64,000 bases of DNA from assembly GCA_026392515.1 (NCBI GenBank), contig JAPLBY010000030.1:2902-66901 (forward strand), given 5' to 3'. Below the pieces are notes generated by a model. It made no database searches, had not been told where the DNA came from, and saw only the letters and a program-made list of their open reading frames with translations. A program made the translations under genes and the position numbers. Source of the DNA: Actinomycetota bacterium. Lineage in GTDB: Bacteria > Actinomycetota > Actinomycetes > S36-B12 > UBA5976. Below are positions 19,322-29,557 of this stretch, one piece after another (position 1 is the first letter of the stretch; each line of letters begins with the position of its first letter).

Positions 19322-22057
19322 GTGACCACCACACCAGATCGGGATTCGCTGATTGCTGGCGGTCTACCTACCCAGTACGTAGATGTAAATCCTGAAGAAA
19401 CTCGGGAATGGATCGAGTCACTAGATGCCTTAATCGCAACACATGGCGAGCAACGTGCCCGTCACATCATGCTCTCACTGCTTCGCCACTCTTCGGAAAA
19501 GAATGTGGGCGTCCCAAGTCTTCGTAGCACTGACTACATCAACACCATCTCTCCAGATCGCGAACCAGATTTTCCTGGTGACGAAACAATTGAGCGCCGT
19601 ATCCGCGCATACATTCGATGGAACGCTGCGATGCTTGTGCATCGCGCACAACGTCCAGGTATTGGCGTCGGCGGACACATTTCAACTTACGCATCAAGTG
19701 CCTCGCTTTACGAAGTTGGCTTCAACCACTTCTTCCGCGGCCCAGAGCATGAAGGCGGCGGCGATCAAGTTTTCTTCCAAGGTCACGCATCTCCTGGAAT
19801 GTATGCTCGCGCCTTTCTTGAAGGTCGCTTAAGCACTGATCGACTTGATGGTTTCCGCCAAGAACTATCAGCTGCGCCAAATGGTTTGCCAAGTTATCCG
19901 CATCCACGTTTGATGCCGGACTTTTGGCAGTTCCCAACGGTGTCCATGGGTCTTGGCCCAATGAATGCGATTTACCAAGCTCGCTTTAATCGCTACCTGC
20001 ATCATCGCGGGATCAAGGACACTTCCCAGCAGCGCGTTTGGGCATTCTTGGGCGATGGCGAAATGGATGAGCCTGAATCATTGGGCGCTATTGGTATTGC
20101 AGCTCGCGAAGAACTGGACAACTTAACTTTTGTAATCAACTGCAACTTGCAGCGCCTTGATGGACCAGTCCGCGGTAATGGAAAAATCATTCAAGAACTT
20201 GAATCACACTTCCGTGGCGCTGGTTGGAATGTAATCAAGGTTGTTTGGGGTCGCGAGTGGGATGAATTGCTCGCCATCGACAACGAAGGCGCGCTCGTTA
20301 ACTTAATGAACCGCACTCCTGATGGTGACTTCCAGACTTACAAGACTGAAAACGGTGGCTTCGTTCGCGACAACTTCTTTGGCCGCGATCCACGCACCAA
20401 GGCCATGGTCGAAGGCTGGTCAGATGAACAGGTCTGGAACCTAAAGCGTGGCGGCCATGACTACAAGAAGATGTATGCCGCTTACGCAGCAGCTGAAGCT
20501 CACACTGGTCAGCCGACGGTTATTCTGGCTAAGACCATCAAGGGCTGGACGCTTGGTTCACACTTCGAAGGTCGCAACGCCACGCACCAGATGAAGAAAC
20601 TTACGCATGAAGACTTAGCAGTTTTCCGTGATCGGTTGCAGATTCCGATTACAGACGCACAACTTGATGACAAGTTGCCGCCGTATTACCACCCAGGTGA
20701 CAACCACGAGCACATCGAATACTTGCACGAACGCCGCCGCGCACTTGGTGGCTACGTTCCATCACGCCGCACCAAAGCAAAAGTCTTAACGCTGCCGCCA
20801 ATTGAAACTTACAAAGACATGAGTGCTGGCTCTGGAAATCAGCCAGTAGCAACCACCATGGCTTTTGTTCGCTTGCTTCGCGACTTAGTTCGCGACGAGA
20901 ACATTGGTAACCGCATTGTTCCAATCATTCCGGATGAAGCCCGTACTTTTGGAATGGACAGCTTCTTCCCTACCTTGAAGATCTACTCACCGCATGGTCA
21001 GCAATACATGTCAGTAGACCGCGAACTGATGCTGTCTTACAAGGAATCTGAAATTGGTCAGATTCTGCATGAAGGTATTAACGAAGCCGGTTCGGTTGCA
21101 TCTTGGACTGCAGTAGCAACTTCTTATGCAACACATAACGAACCAATGATTCCGATCTACATCTTTTATTCCATGTTTGGTTTCCAGCGCACTGGCGATT
21201 CCTTCTGGTTGGCCGGAGATCAAATGGCTCGTGGTTTTGTGCTTGGCGCAACTGCAGGTCGCACCACGCTTAATGGTGAAGGTCTGCAACACGAAGATGG
21301 TCACTCACATTTGCTGGCTGCAACTAACCCTGCTGTCGTTAGTTACGACCCGGCGTATGGTTTCGAAATCGGTCACATTGTTCGTGATGGCTTGCGCCGT
21401 ATGTATGGCGAAAATCCGGAAGACATCTATTACTACCTGACGATTTACAACGAGCCTTACGTGCAACCTGCCGAACCAGCAGGTGTTGATGCTGCCGGCA
21501 TCTTGCGCGGTATGTACCTACTTGCTCCAGATTCAGATGCCAAGGGTCCACGCACTCAACTTCTTGCATCTGGTGTTTCTGTTCCTTGGGCACTTGAGGC
21601 CCAGAAGTTACTTCGCGAAGACTGGGGCGTTAGCGCAGATGTTTGGTCAGTAACTTCCTGGAATGAATTGCGTCGCGATGGCCTTGCCGCTGATCGTCAT
21701 AATTTCTTGAATCCGTCTGCAGAACCACAAGTCAGTTGGGTTACGGAAAAGCTTGCCGGCACCGAGGGTCCTGTCATCGCAGTTTCCGATTTCATGCGCG
21801 CAGTTCAAGATCAAATTCGCGACTGGGTACCAAATGATTTCGTATCTCTAGGTACTGATGGCTGGGGTATGTCAGATACGCGCGGCGCACTTCGTCGTCA
21901 CTTTTTAGTTGATGCCCAAAGCATTACCGTTCAAGCGCTAGCAATGTTGGCTAAGCGTGGCGATATTCCTGCCGAGCGCGTGCAAGAAGCAATCGATAGC
22001 TACGACTTAACGAATCCAAAAGCTGCTTCGGCTGGCAACACTGAAGGTGGCGGCTGA
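19322..22057 (+). CDS. aceE: Pyruvate dehydrogenase E1 component, homodimeric type
   Basis: 911-aa ORF with N-terminal [15 protein letters not shown], a ThDP-binding [10 protein letters not shown]...[12 protein letters not shown] region and length typical of AceE. Confidence 0.93.
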   Translation: MTTTPDRDSLIAGGLPTQYVDVNPEETREWIESLDALIATHGEQRARHIMLSLLRHSSEKNVGVPSLRSTDYINTISPDREPDFPGDETIERRIRAYIRWNAAMLVHRAQRPGIGVGGHISTYASSASLYEVGFNHFFRGPEHEGGGDQVFFQGHASPGMYARAFLEGRLSTDRLDGFRQELSAAPNGLPSYPHPRLMPDFWQFPTVSMGLGPMNAIYQARFNRYLHHRGIKDTSQQRVWAFLGDGEMDEPESLGAIGIAAREELDNLTFVINCNLQRLDGPVRGNGKIIQELESHFRGAGWNVIKVVWGREWDELLAIDNEGALVNLMNRTPDGDFQTYKTENGGFVRDNFFGRDPRTKAMVEGWSDEQVWNLKRGGHDYKKMYAAYAAAEAHTGQPTVILAKTIKGWTLGSHFEGRNATHQMKKLTHEDLAVFRDRLQIPITDAQLDDKLPPYYHPGDNHEHIEYLHERRRALGGYVPSRRTKAKVLTLPPIETYKDMSAGSGNQPVATTMAFVRLLRDLVRDENIGNRIVPIIPDEARTFGMDSFFPTLKIYSPHGQQYMSVDRELMLSYKESEIGQILHEGINEAGSVASWTAVATSYATHNEPMIPIYIFYSMFGFQRTGDSFWLAGDQMARGFVLGATAGRTTLNGEGLQHEDGHSHLLAATNPAVVSYDPAYGFEIGHIVRDGLRRMYGENPEDIYYYLTIYNEPYVQPAEPAGVDAAGILRGMYLLAPDSDAKGPRTQLLASGVSVPWALEAQKLLREDWGVSADVWSVTSWNELRRDGLAADRHNFLNPSAEPQVSWVTEKLAGTEGPVIAVSDFMRAVQDQIRDWVPNDFVSLGTDGWGMSDTRGALRRHFLVDAQSITVQALAMLAKRGDIPAERVQEAIDSYDLTNPKAASAGNTEGGG

Positions 22058-22980
22058 TGCGCGTTGCACTTGGCAGAACTGAACTACAAGTTCACCCACT
22101 CTGCTTAGGTGGAAACGTATTTGGTTGGAGTGCGAACGCAGCGCAATCTCAAGAAGTTCTATCTGCTTATGAATCTGCAGGTGGAAACTTCATTGACACT
22201 GCTGACATGTATTCGCGCTGGCATACCGGCAACGTAGGTGGCGAAAGCGAAACCATCATTGGCGATTGGATGCGAGCTCGCGGAAATCGTAGCGAGATGG
22301 TGATTGCAACTAAAGTTGCCAAACTTGCGACCCGTCCTGGATTAAGTGCAGCAAACATTGCTGCTGCGGCCGAAGATTCACTTCGCCGCCTCGGCACTGA
22401 CTACATCGACATCTACTACGCACATCATGACGATGAAGAAGTTCCACTTGAAGAATCTTTAGCTGCTTTCAATGAACTTGTTACTTCTGGCAAGGTTCGC
22501 TACTTAGCAGCCTCGAATTACTCAGCCACAAGATTGGAAGAAGCCCTAAAGATTTCGCGTGACTTGGGAATGAGTGAATACCTTTTACTTCAACCGAACT
22601 ACAACGCCATTGTTCGCAATGAATACGAAGGTGACTTGATGGCAGTTGCCGTTAAGGAAGACATCCCAGTACTTCCCTACTTCTCATTAGCTGCTGGATT
22701 CTTAACTGGTAAGTACCAGCCAGGCGTTGAGGTCGATAGCGTTCGAGCTGGCGATATGCCGGACTACAAAAACGATCGTGGTTGGGCAATCCTTAATGCG
22801 ATTACTGAAATCGCCAAGCAGGAAAACACTTCAATTGCTGCAGTTGCTTTGGGTTGGTTACGCGCTCAGCCTGGTGTGGTTACGCCAATTGCCAGTGCTC
22901 GCACAATTGAACAGCTTGCCGAGATCCTGCCAGTCGTTGAACTCTCGGCTGAGCAAGTCGCTCAGGTCAACGCACTGTAA
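22057..22980 (+). CDS. Aldo/keto reductase
   Basis: 307-aa ORF with NFIDTADMYS, IATKV and YLAASNY motifs. ATG overlaps the aceE stop (TGATG). Confidence 0.85.
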   Translation: MRVALGRTELQVHPLCLGGNVFGWSANAAQSQEVLSAYESAGGNFIDTADMYSRWHTGNVGGESETIIGDWMRARGNRSEMVIATKVAKLATRPGLSAANIAAAAEDSLRRLGTDYIDIYYAHHDDEEVPLEESLAAFNELVTSGKVRYLAASNYSATRLEEALKISRDLGMSEYLLLQPNYNAIVRNEYEGDLMAVAVKEDIPVLPYFSLAAGFLTGKYQPGVEVDSVRAGDMPDYKNDRGWAILNAITEIAKQENTSIAAVALGWLRAQPGVVTPIASARTIEQLAEILPVVELSAEQVAQVNAL

Positions 22981-23030
22981 CTTTCCACCACAGATCCACC
23001 CTTTCCAGCACTACTGGCACACTTAGACCT

Positions 23031-24239
23031 ATGCCACGTTCAATCCGCTCAACGGAATCCACGCCTGAACGGATCGCTGCTGAGCATGCGGTTTTGGCTC
23101 GGCGAGTTCAGCGCATGACTGGTGAACTAACCACTGCTGCAACTACTCGCATGGAAGATGCGCTGCCTTGGTTCGTGGCGTTGCCGGCGAATGAACGTGC
23201 ATCAGTAAGTCTGGTGGCGCAAAGTGGCATCACTAACTTTGTCGAATGGTTTTCGGCTGGACTTGAATCAAAAGATCATGTTGGCGACATTTTCTCCAGC
23301 GCTCCTCGCGAACTTGCTCGCGCACTCACCCTGCAACAAACCGTTGAACTCGTTAGAACTTCGATGGCAGTTGTTGAAGAGATGGTTGAGCAGATTGCTG
23401 GCACTAATGAGTACCGCCAGTCATACTTGCGCGAGTCGCTACTTCGTTACTCCAGCGAGATTGCATTCGCTGCTGCCGAGTTTTATGCCCGCGCTGCTGA
23501 GAACCGCGGTGCTTGGGATGCCAGACTTCAAGATTTAGTACTCGATGCAATCTTGGCTGGAAGTTCTGATGATGCGTTGCTTGCCAGAGCTGCTGCGGCA
23601 GGGTGGGACGTTAACAAACATGTGCTGGCAATTGTTGGTCCAGTTCCATCGAATCAAATTGCAATCGAAGTTCACATGGAACAAATCCGCCGGACTGCCA
23701 AGTCTGCAAAATTACATGTGATGGTTGGCGTTCATAACGACCGAATGATCACCATCATCGGCGGTGTTTCGGAAAGCGATAACCCTGAGTCGGTGGCCAA
23801 GCCATTTGTGGGTCACTTCGGTGCAGGTACTGTAGTTACTGGGCCAATCGTTTCAACTTTACAAGAAGCGCACAGCTCCGCTCTTGATGCCTTGTCAGGG
23901 TTTCGAGCCTTAGGTTTTGTTTCCACAAGCCCACGACTAGTTGCCTCCGATGACATGATCTCGGCGCGAGTAATTGCCGGTGATGCTGCAGCAATTGATC
24001 CAGTCGTTGCCAAATTACGACAGGATCTCAGCAGCGACGTCCGCCAAACTCTGGCTTGCTACCTGGAGGTCGCCCCAACAATTGAGGGCTGCGCTCGAAC
24101 CCTTTTTGTCCACGTAAACACAGTCCGGTATCGCTTACGTAGAGTTTTGGAAGCCACTGGTCTAGACCCATTTGAGCCAACTGATGCCTTAACTCTGCGA
24201 ATTGCCCTCATGATTGAGCGAAATAGCCCTGAATTGTAG
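23031..24239 (+). CDS. PucR-family transcriptional regulator (FasR/MabR-like, upstream of the FAS-II operon)
   Basis: 402-aa ORF with a C-terminal PucR-type HTH (TLFVHVNTVRYRLRRVLEATG). Its position directly upstream of fabD matches Streptomyces fasR and Mycobacterium mabR. Confidence 0.8.
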   Translation: MPRSIRSTESTPERIAAEHAVLARRVQRMTGELTTAATTRMEDALPWFVALPANERASVSLVAQSGITNFVEWFSAGLESKDHVGDIFSSAPRELARALTLQQTVELVRTSMAVVEEMVEQIAGTNEYRQSYLRESLLRYSSEIAFAAAEFYARAAENRGAWDARLQDLVLDAILAGSSDDALLARAAAAGWDVNKHVLAIVGPVPSNQIAIEVHMEQIRRTAKSAKLHVMVGVHNDRMITIIGGVSESDNPESVAKPFVGHFGAGTVVTGPIVSTLQEAHSSALDALSGFRALGFVSTSPRLVASDDMISARVIAGDAAAIDPVVAKLRQDLSSDVRQTLACYLEVAPTIEGCARTLFVHVNTVRYRLRRVLEATGLDPFEPTDALTLRIALMIERNSPEL

Positions 24240-24267
24240 GTTACCTACAAAAAATAGCCCTAGAATT
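24221..24267. promoter_or_regulatory. Candidate operator: 17-bp perfect inverted repeat flanked by 15/16-bp direct repeats
   Basis: TTGTAGGT-T-ACCTACAA at 24234-24250. Flanked by AAATAGCCCTGAATT (24221-24235) and AAATAGCCCTAGAATT (24252-24267). Straddles the regulator stop codon, about 70 nt before fabD. Confidence 0.45.
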
Positions 24268-24317
24268 TAGTGGATCGTCATCAGATTTAGCGGTTGCCTA
24301 TACGAGAGACTATACGA

Positions 24318-25502
24318 GTGCTTGCAGTAGTTGCCCCAGGTCAAGGTTCCCAGGTCCCCGGCTTTTTAACCCCGTGGTTAGAACTCCCCAATTTCGAAGA
24401 TCGCATGAAGTGGCTGGGAACAGTTGCTGGCATCGATCTAATCGCCCACGGCACCACAAGTGATGAAGACACCATCCGCGACACCGCTGTAGCTCAACCC
24501 CTAATTGTTAGTGCTGGAATGGTTTCCTTGCTTAGCCTGTTTCCGCATCCTGGTGAGGCTTACGCAAAGGTCGCTGTTGGCGCTGGACATAGCGTTGGCG
24601 AAATCACCGCTGCAGCTGCAGCAAACGTTATCTCTGCCGAACAAGCCATGGTGTTGGTTCGCGAGCGCGGAAATGCAATGGCTACTGCTTCAGCGGTTAC
24701 CCCGACCGGAATGTCGGCAGTACTTGGTGGCGATCGCGACGAAGTGATTGCCAAACTTGCTCAGCATGGCCTAACTGCCGCAAATGAAAATGGCGCCGGA
24801 CAAATCGTTGCAGCTGGCACATTGGAACAACTTGCTGCCCTAGAAACTGATCCTCCAGCCGGCGCGCGTGTTCGTCCGCTTTCAGTTGCTGGCGCATTCC
24901 ATACCAAGCACATGGCTCCAGCTGTTGGCATTCTTGCTCAGCATGCAAAAGCTATTTCAACTCATGATGCGCGCAGTCGCCTACTTTCAAACGCTGACGG
25001 CACTGTTGTGCAAGATGGCCGCGAAGTTCTAAAACGTTTGGTAACTCAAGTCAGTAATCCAGTGCGCTGGGATCTTTGTATGCAAACCATGCTTGATCTA
25101 GGTGTTACTGGCTTAATCGAACTTCCACCAGCTGGAACTCTTGTTGGTCTGGCAAAGCGTGCAATGCCTGGCGTTGAATGTGTTTCGCTTAAGACTCCTG
25201 AAGACATGCCAGCAGCACTAGATCTAATTGCTCGTCACGGAACTGAGACCGCAGTCACTGACTCTCCTACTTGGCGCTTAGTAGTTGCACCGTTCAAGGG
25301 CATCATTGAATTCAATGTCAGCGAAGAACCAGGCACTGTGCTTGATGGCAAAACTAAAGTTGCAACTATTCGCACGCTTCGCGATGAATATGAAGTTGAA
25401 GCACCACACGGCGGAACCATTGTTGAATGGTTAGTAACTGATGGTGATCCAGTAAATCCTGGTCAGCCGTTGCTTCGCTTGCATCCTAAGGCTGGTTCAT
25501 GA
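24318..25502 (+). CDS. fabD: ACP S-malonyltransferase fused to a C-terminal biotinyl/lipoyl-like domain lacking the modifiable lysine
   Basis: The N-terminus VLAVVAPGQGSQ from the GTG at 24318 matches FabD N-termini. The active-site GHSVGE is present. The FabD fold ends near aa 316 of the tracked ORF. An extra ~85 aa (APFKGII...EVEAPHGGTIVEWLVTDGDPVNPGQPLLRL) then resembles a hybrid barrel. Confidence 0.85.
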   Translation: MLAVVAPGQGSQVPGFLTPWLELPNFEDRMKWLGTVAGIDLIAHGTTSDEDTIRDTAVAQPLIVSAGMVSLLSLFPHPGEAYAKVAVGAGHSVGEITAAAAANVISAEQAMVLVRERGNAMATASAVTPTGMSAVLGGDRDEVIAKLAQHGLTAANENGAGQIVAAGTLEQLAALETDPPAGARVRPLSVAGAFHTKHMAPAVGILAQHAKAISTHDARSRLLSNADGTVVQDGREVLKRLVTQVSNPVRWDLCMQTMLDLGVTGLIELPPAGTLVGLAKRAMPGVECVSLKTPEDMPAALDLIARHGTETAVTDSPTWRLVVAPFKGIIEFNVSEEPGTVLDGKTKVATIRTLRDEYEVEAPHGGTIVEWLVTDGDPVNPGQPLLRLHPKAGS

Positions 25503-26494
25503 TCACGTTAAATACTCCAGCCCCAACTGCGCACGCTGGAATCCTTGGTCTTGGCACGTTCCGACCGCAGCGCGTTGTAACTAATGATGAGATCTGCTTA
25601 CGTATCGATTCAAATGACGAATGGATTCGGGAACGTTCCGGAATCATCGAACGCCGCCATGGTGGACAAGATGAAACCGTAGTGACAATGGCAACTGCTG
25701 CTGCGCGCAAAGCAATTGCTGATGCTGGAATCACTGCTGAACAACTTGATCTTGTAATGGTGGCAACTGTTACGCATCGTTACCAAACTCCTTCAGCTGC
25801 AGTTGAAGTCGCAGCCGCGATTGGCGCTGTTAATGCAGCCGCTACAGATACTTCTGCTGCATGTGCTGGTTTTTGTTATGGCCTAGGTATTGCAGACGGC
25901 TTGATTCGTTCTGGCTCAGCAAAATACATCCTCTTGATCGGCGCCGAAAAGCTTTCTGAAATTGTGAACTTTGAAGATCGCGGAACCGCGTTCCTATTTG
26001 CTGATGGCGCGGGCGCAGTTGTTGTTGGTCAAAGTGAGACTCAAGGTATTGGCCCAACAATTTGGGGAGCCGATGGCACGCAGCGCGATGCCATCATCAT
26101 GGATCCAGATATCTTCACCGCAGAAAAGGCTGGCACACCTTCCGTTTTAACTATGCAAGGTCAGCAAGTTTTCCGCTGGGCTGTTGGTCAGATGGGCGAT
26201 GTTTGTGCCCAAGCCATGGCTGCTGCAGGCGTTACCGTAAATGACTTAGCAGCGTTTGTGCCACATCAAGCTAACAATCGAATTACTGAAGCGTTGGTTA
26301 AGCAACTCGATCTACCAAACCACGTAGTGGTCGCTCACGACATCCAGTACTCCGGAAATACTTCGGCTGCTTCGGTTCCGCTGGCACTTGATCGCCTTCG
26401 CGAAAATGGCGAAGTAAAGAGTGGTGACTTAGTTTTGATGGTTGGCTTTGGTGCTGGCCTTGTCCATGCTGCGCAGGTAGCACTTGTCCCATAA
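25499..26494 (+). CDS. fabH: Beta-ketoacyl-ACP synthase III
   Basis: 331-aa ORF with active-site ACAGF, HQAN and GNTSAAS motifs. ATG overlaps the fabD stop. Confidence 0.92.
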   Translation: MITLNTPAPTAHAGILGLGTFRPQRVVTNDEICLRIDSNDEWIRERSGIIERRHGGQDETVVTMATAAARKAIADAGITAEQLDLVMVATVTHRYQTPSAAVEVAAAIGAVNAAATDTSAACAGFCYGLGIADGLIRSGSAKYILLIGAEKLSEIVNFEDRGTAFLFADGAGAVVVGQSETQGIGPTIWGADGTQRDAIIMDPDIFTAEKAGTPSVLTMQGQQVFRWAVGQMGDVCAQAMAAAGVTVNDLAAFVPHQANNRITEALVKQLDLPNHVVVAHDIQYSGNTSAASVPLALDRLRENGEVKSGDLVLMVGFGAGLVHAAQVALVP

Positions 26495-26565
26495 GTTTCG
26501 AAAGTCGAAAGATTTTCGAAGTAAGACCCGCACAACGCGGTAAGTAATTACTAAAGGAGATAACT

Positions 26566-26805
26566 ATGTCCCAGGACATCCTCGCTGGCCTAGCGGAAAT
26601 CGTAAACGAAGTTGCAGGCATCCCAGCTGAATCAGTCCAGATGGAAAAGTCATTTGTTGATGACCTAGACGTTGACTCATTGTCAATGGTTGAAGTTGTT
26701 ATGGCTTGCGAAGACAAGTTTGGCGTAACCATCCCAGACACTGAAGTTAAGAACCTAAATACCGTTGCTGACGCAGTTAACTACATTGCTGCAAACAAGG
26801 CATAA
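26566..26805 (+). CDS. acpP: Acyl carrier protein
   Basis: 79-aa ORF with phosphopantetheine site LDVDSLSMVEVV. Strong RBS AAGGAG lies 7 nt upstream. Confidence 0.93.
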   Translation: MSQDILAGLAEIVNEVAGIPAESVQMEKSFVDDLDVDSLSMVEVVMACEDKFGVTIPDTEVKNLNTVADAVNYIAANKA

Positions 26806-26819
26806 ATAGTTTTGATGTT

Positions 26820-26845
26820 GGCGGGCGGCTTGCATGTTGCCCGCC
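26820..26845 (+). other. GC-rich hairpin between acpP and fabF (possible attenuator or processing element)
   Basis: Stem GGCGGGC / GCCCGCC with a 12-nt loop. There is no T-tract after it, so it is not a classical terminator. Confidence 0.3.
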
Positions 26846-26915
26846 ACATAAAAACTAGTTCTATCCGCAAGAGAAATATCCATAAATTCTAATTCAAATT
26901 GAAAGGTCGACAACA

Positions 26916-28151
26916 ATGAGCCGTACGGTTGTCGTTACAGGGCTTGGAGCTACTACCCCACTTGGTGGAGATGTTGCTTCAACTTGGGATTCGTTGGTAG
27001 CTGCCCGCTCCGGAATCCACTTACTTGAAGATCAACGCTTTGCTGACTTGCCAGTTCGCATTGCTGCGACTGCGAAAGTTGATCCAGAAAGCATCTTGGA
27101 ACCTCACGAGGTTCGTCGCATGGATCGTTCCCAGCAACTTGCGCTAATTGCTGCGCGCGAAGCTTGGGCTGATGCTGGTGCACCTGAAGTCGAGCAAGCT
27201 CGATTAGGTGTTGCAGTTGGCTCTGGCGTTGGTGGCGCAATTTCGCTCATGGAGCAGTACGACGTTTTGCGCGATCGTGGTGCATCGCGGGTATCTCCTA
27301 TGACTGTTCCGATGTTGATGCCAAATGGTCCAGCAGCTGTGATCGGTCTTGAATTAGGAGCTATGGCTGGCGTTCACACTCCAGTTTCCGCATGTGCCTC
27401 AGGCGCAGAAGCAATCGGCTACGGCGCCGAGATGATTCGTACTGGACGCGCTGATGTTGTTGTGTGTGGTGGCACTGAAGGCTGTATCCACCCGCTAACA
27501 ATTGCTGCGTTTGCAGCAATGCGCGCTCTATCTACCAACCATGAAAATGCTGCTGGTGCATCACGACCATTTGATCGCGATCGCGATGGCTTCGTAATGG
27601 CTGAAGGCGCAGCAATCATTGTTTTGGAATCTGAAGAGTTTGCTAAGGCCCGTGGCGCAAAGATCTATGCAACGTACGGCGGTCAAGGCATCGCAGCTGA
27701 TGCACATCACATTGCCCAGCCAGAACCAGAAGGTCGTGGCGTAATTCTTGCTATGAACCGCGCACTGGCTGATGCTGATCTATCGACCAAGGACATCTTC
27801 CATGTCAACGCTCACGCAACCAGCACTCCAGCGGGTGACGTTGCTGAGGCCAAGGCAATTCGTAAGGTTCTCGGTTCAGACACCGATCACGCTCCAGTAA
27901 CTGCTGTTAAGGGCGTAGCTGGTCACTTGCTTGGTGGCGCAGGTTCACTTGCTGCACTTGCCTCCATCTTGGCAATCAAGAATCGCATCGTTCCCCCAGT
28001 TGGCAACCTTGTTAACTTGGCCGATGGCGTTGATGTTGATGTTGTTATGAATGCACCACGCGAACTTCCAAGCGGCGATATCGCAGCCTTGAGTAATTCA
28101 TTTGGCTTTGGTGGCCATGACATAGTTTTGGCTTTCCGGAACCACTCATGA
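26916..28151 (+). CDS. fabF: Beta-ketoacyl-ACP synthase II (KasA/FabF-like)
   Basis: 411-aa ORF with active-site SACASG, NAHATSTPAGD and FGFGGHD motifs. Confidence 0.92.
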   Translation: MSRTVVVTGLGATTPLGGDVASTWDSLVAARSGIHLLEDQRFADLPVRIAATAKVDPESILEPHEVRRMDRSQQLALIAAREAWADAGAPEVEQARLGVAVGSGVGGAISLMEQYDVLRDRGASRVSPMTVPMLMPNGPAAVIGLELGAMAGVHTPVSACASGAEAIGYGAEMIRTGRADVVVCGGTEGCIHPLTIAAFAAMRALSTNHENAAGASRPFDRDRDGFVMAEGAAIIVLESEEFAKARGAKIYATYGGQGIAADAHHIAQPEPEGRGVILAMNRALADADLSTKDIFHVNAHATSTPAGDVAEAKAIRKVLGSDTDHAPVTAVKGVAGHLLGGAGSLAALASILAIKNRIVPPVGNLVNLADGVDVDVVMNAPRELPSGDIAALSNSFGFGGHDIVLAFRNHS

Positions 28152-29557
28152 CCGCGGTCGTTGACAAGAAGTTAATGGCGAATGCTCGCCTAACAGCTTT
28201 GTTCGATGAAGGCAGCCTGCAGCATGTAGCAAGCCAAGTTGAAGGCATTGGCGCAGTTTCTGCGACCGGCAAAATCAATGGTCGAACCGTAGTTGCCTTT
28301 GCTAATGATCCGTCATTCCAAGGTGGCGCACTTGGCGCAGCTGAAGGCGCTGTGATTGTTGATGCTTACGCAATTGCGATGAAGGAACAGTGCCCAATCG
28401 TTGGTATCTGGCACTCCGGTGGCGCTCGCCTGCAAGAAGGCATTGGTGCACTTAAGCCATTCGGTGACATCTTCCGCGTAATGACTCACGCTTCTGGCAA
28501 GATCCCCCAGGTTTCTGTTGTGCTTGGCCCAGCTGCTGGTGGCGGTGCTTACGGCCCAGCTCTTACTGACATCGTGATCCTTGGTCCTGAAGGTCGCATC
28601 TTCGTAACAGGTCCTGACGTTGTTCGCTCCGTCACTGGTGAAGACGTAGACATGTTGCGTTTGGGTGGACCTGAACCACATGGTCGCCGCAGTGGCGTCG
28701 TTCACGTAGTTAGTGATACCGAAGAGCGAGCAATTGCTGATACTCGAAACATCACTGACTTACTAGGTAATCAAGGTTTGCTTGATACTTCAAAGATCAC
28801 TGACGTAGACATGGGCGCACTTTTGCCGGAGCAAAACAATCGCGCTTACGACGCTCATCCAATTGTTGATTCTGTAATTGATGCCGGAACCGGCGTTGAA
28901 CTACATCCACGTTGGGCACCAAACATCATTACAACTCTTGGTCGCTTTGGTGGTCGAACTGTTGGCATCGTGGCTAACAACCCACTACGCCTTGGCGGCT
29001 GCCTAGATGCAACTTCGGCCGAGAAGAGTGCTCGCTTCGTTCGTATGTGTGACGCGCTTGGTATTCCAATGATCGTCATGGTTGACGTACCTGGTTACTT
29101 ACCTGGTGTTGGTCAGGAATGGGACGGCGTAGTTCGTCGCGGTGCCAAACTGCTTCATGCTTTCGCAGAATGTGTTGTGCCTCGAATTACTTGTGTAACT
29201 CGTAAGTCTTACGGCGGCGCATACATCGCAATGAACTCCAAGGCACTTGGCGCAACTCGCGTCATGGCTTGGGAAGGCGCCGAAGTTGCCGTTATGGGAC
29301 CCCTTGCTGCAATTCGCATTTTGCACCGCAGGCGGTTAGCTGAAGTTCCACCAGAACAAAAAGATGCTGTTGAAGCTGAATTGGCCGAAGAGCACAAGAT
29401 CACTGCTGGTGGATTACCTAAGTGCATTGAACTTGGCGCAGTTGACGAGATTGTTGATCCAACAGAAACTCGAACTGCAATTGCTGCTGCATTAAAGGCT
29501 GCTGCAAACCCAGATGGTTCATTCCCGCGCGGTAATCACGGAAACATTCCGCTTTAA
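28148..29557 (+). CDS. Acyl-CoA carboxylase carboxyltransferase beta subunit (AccD6-like)
   Basis: 469-aa ORF in the carboxyl transferase family (GGARLQEG, PGYLPG motifs). Its position after fabF matches mycobacterial accD6. Confidence 0.88.
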   Translation: MTAVVDKKLMANARLTALFDEGSLQHVASQVEGIGAVSATGKINGRTVVAFANDPSFQGGALGAAEGAVIVDAYAIAMKEQCPIVGIWHSGGARLQEGIGALKPFGDIFRVMTHASGKIPQVSVVLGPAAGGGAYGPALTDIVILGPEGRIFVTGPDVVRSVTGEDVDMLRLGGPEPHGRRSGVVHVVSDTEERAIADTRNITDLLGNQGLLDTSKITDVDMGALLPEQNNRAYDAHPIVDSVIDAGTGVELHPRWAPNIITTLGRFGGRTVGIVANNPLRLGGCLDATSAEKSARFVRMCDALGIPMIVMVDVPGYLPGVGQEWDGVVRRGAKLLHAFAECVVPRITCVTRKSYGGAYIAMNSKALGATRVMAWEGAEVAVMGPLAAIRILHRRRLAEVPPEQKDAVEAELAEEHKITAGGLPKCIELGAVDEIVDPTETRTAIAAALKAAANPDGSFPRGNHGNIPL

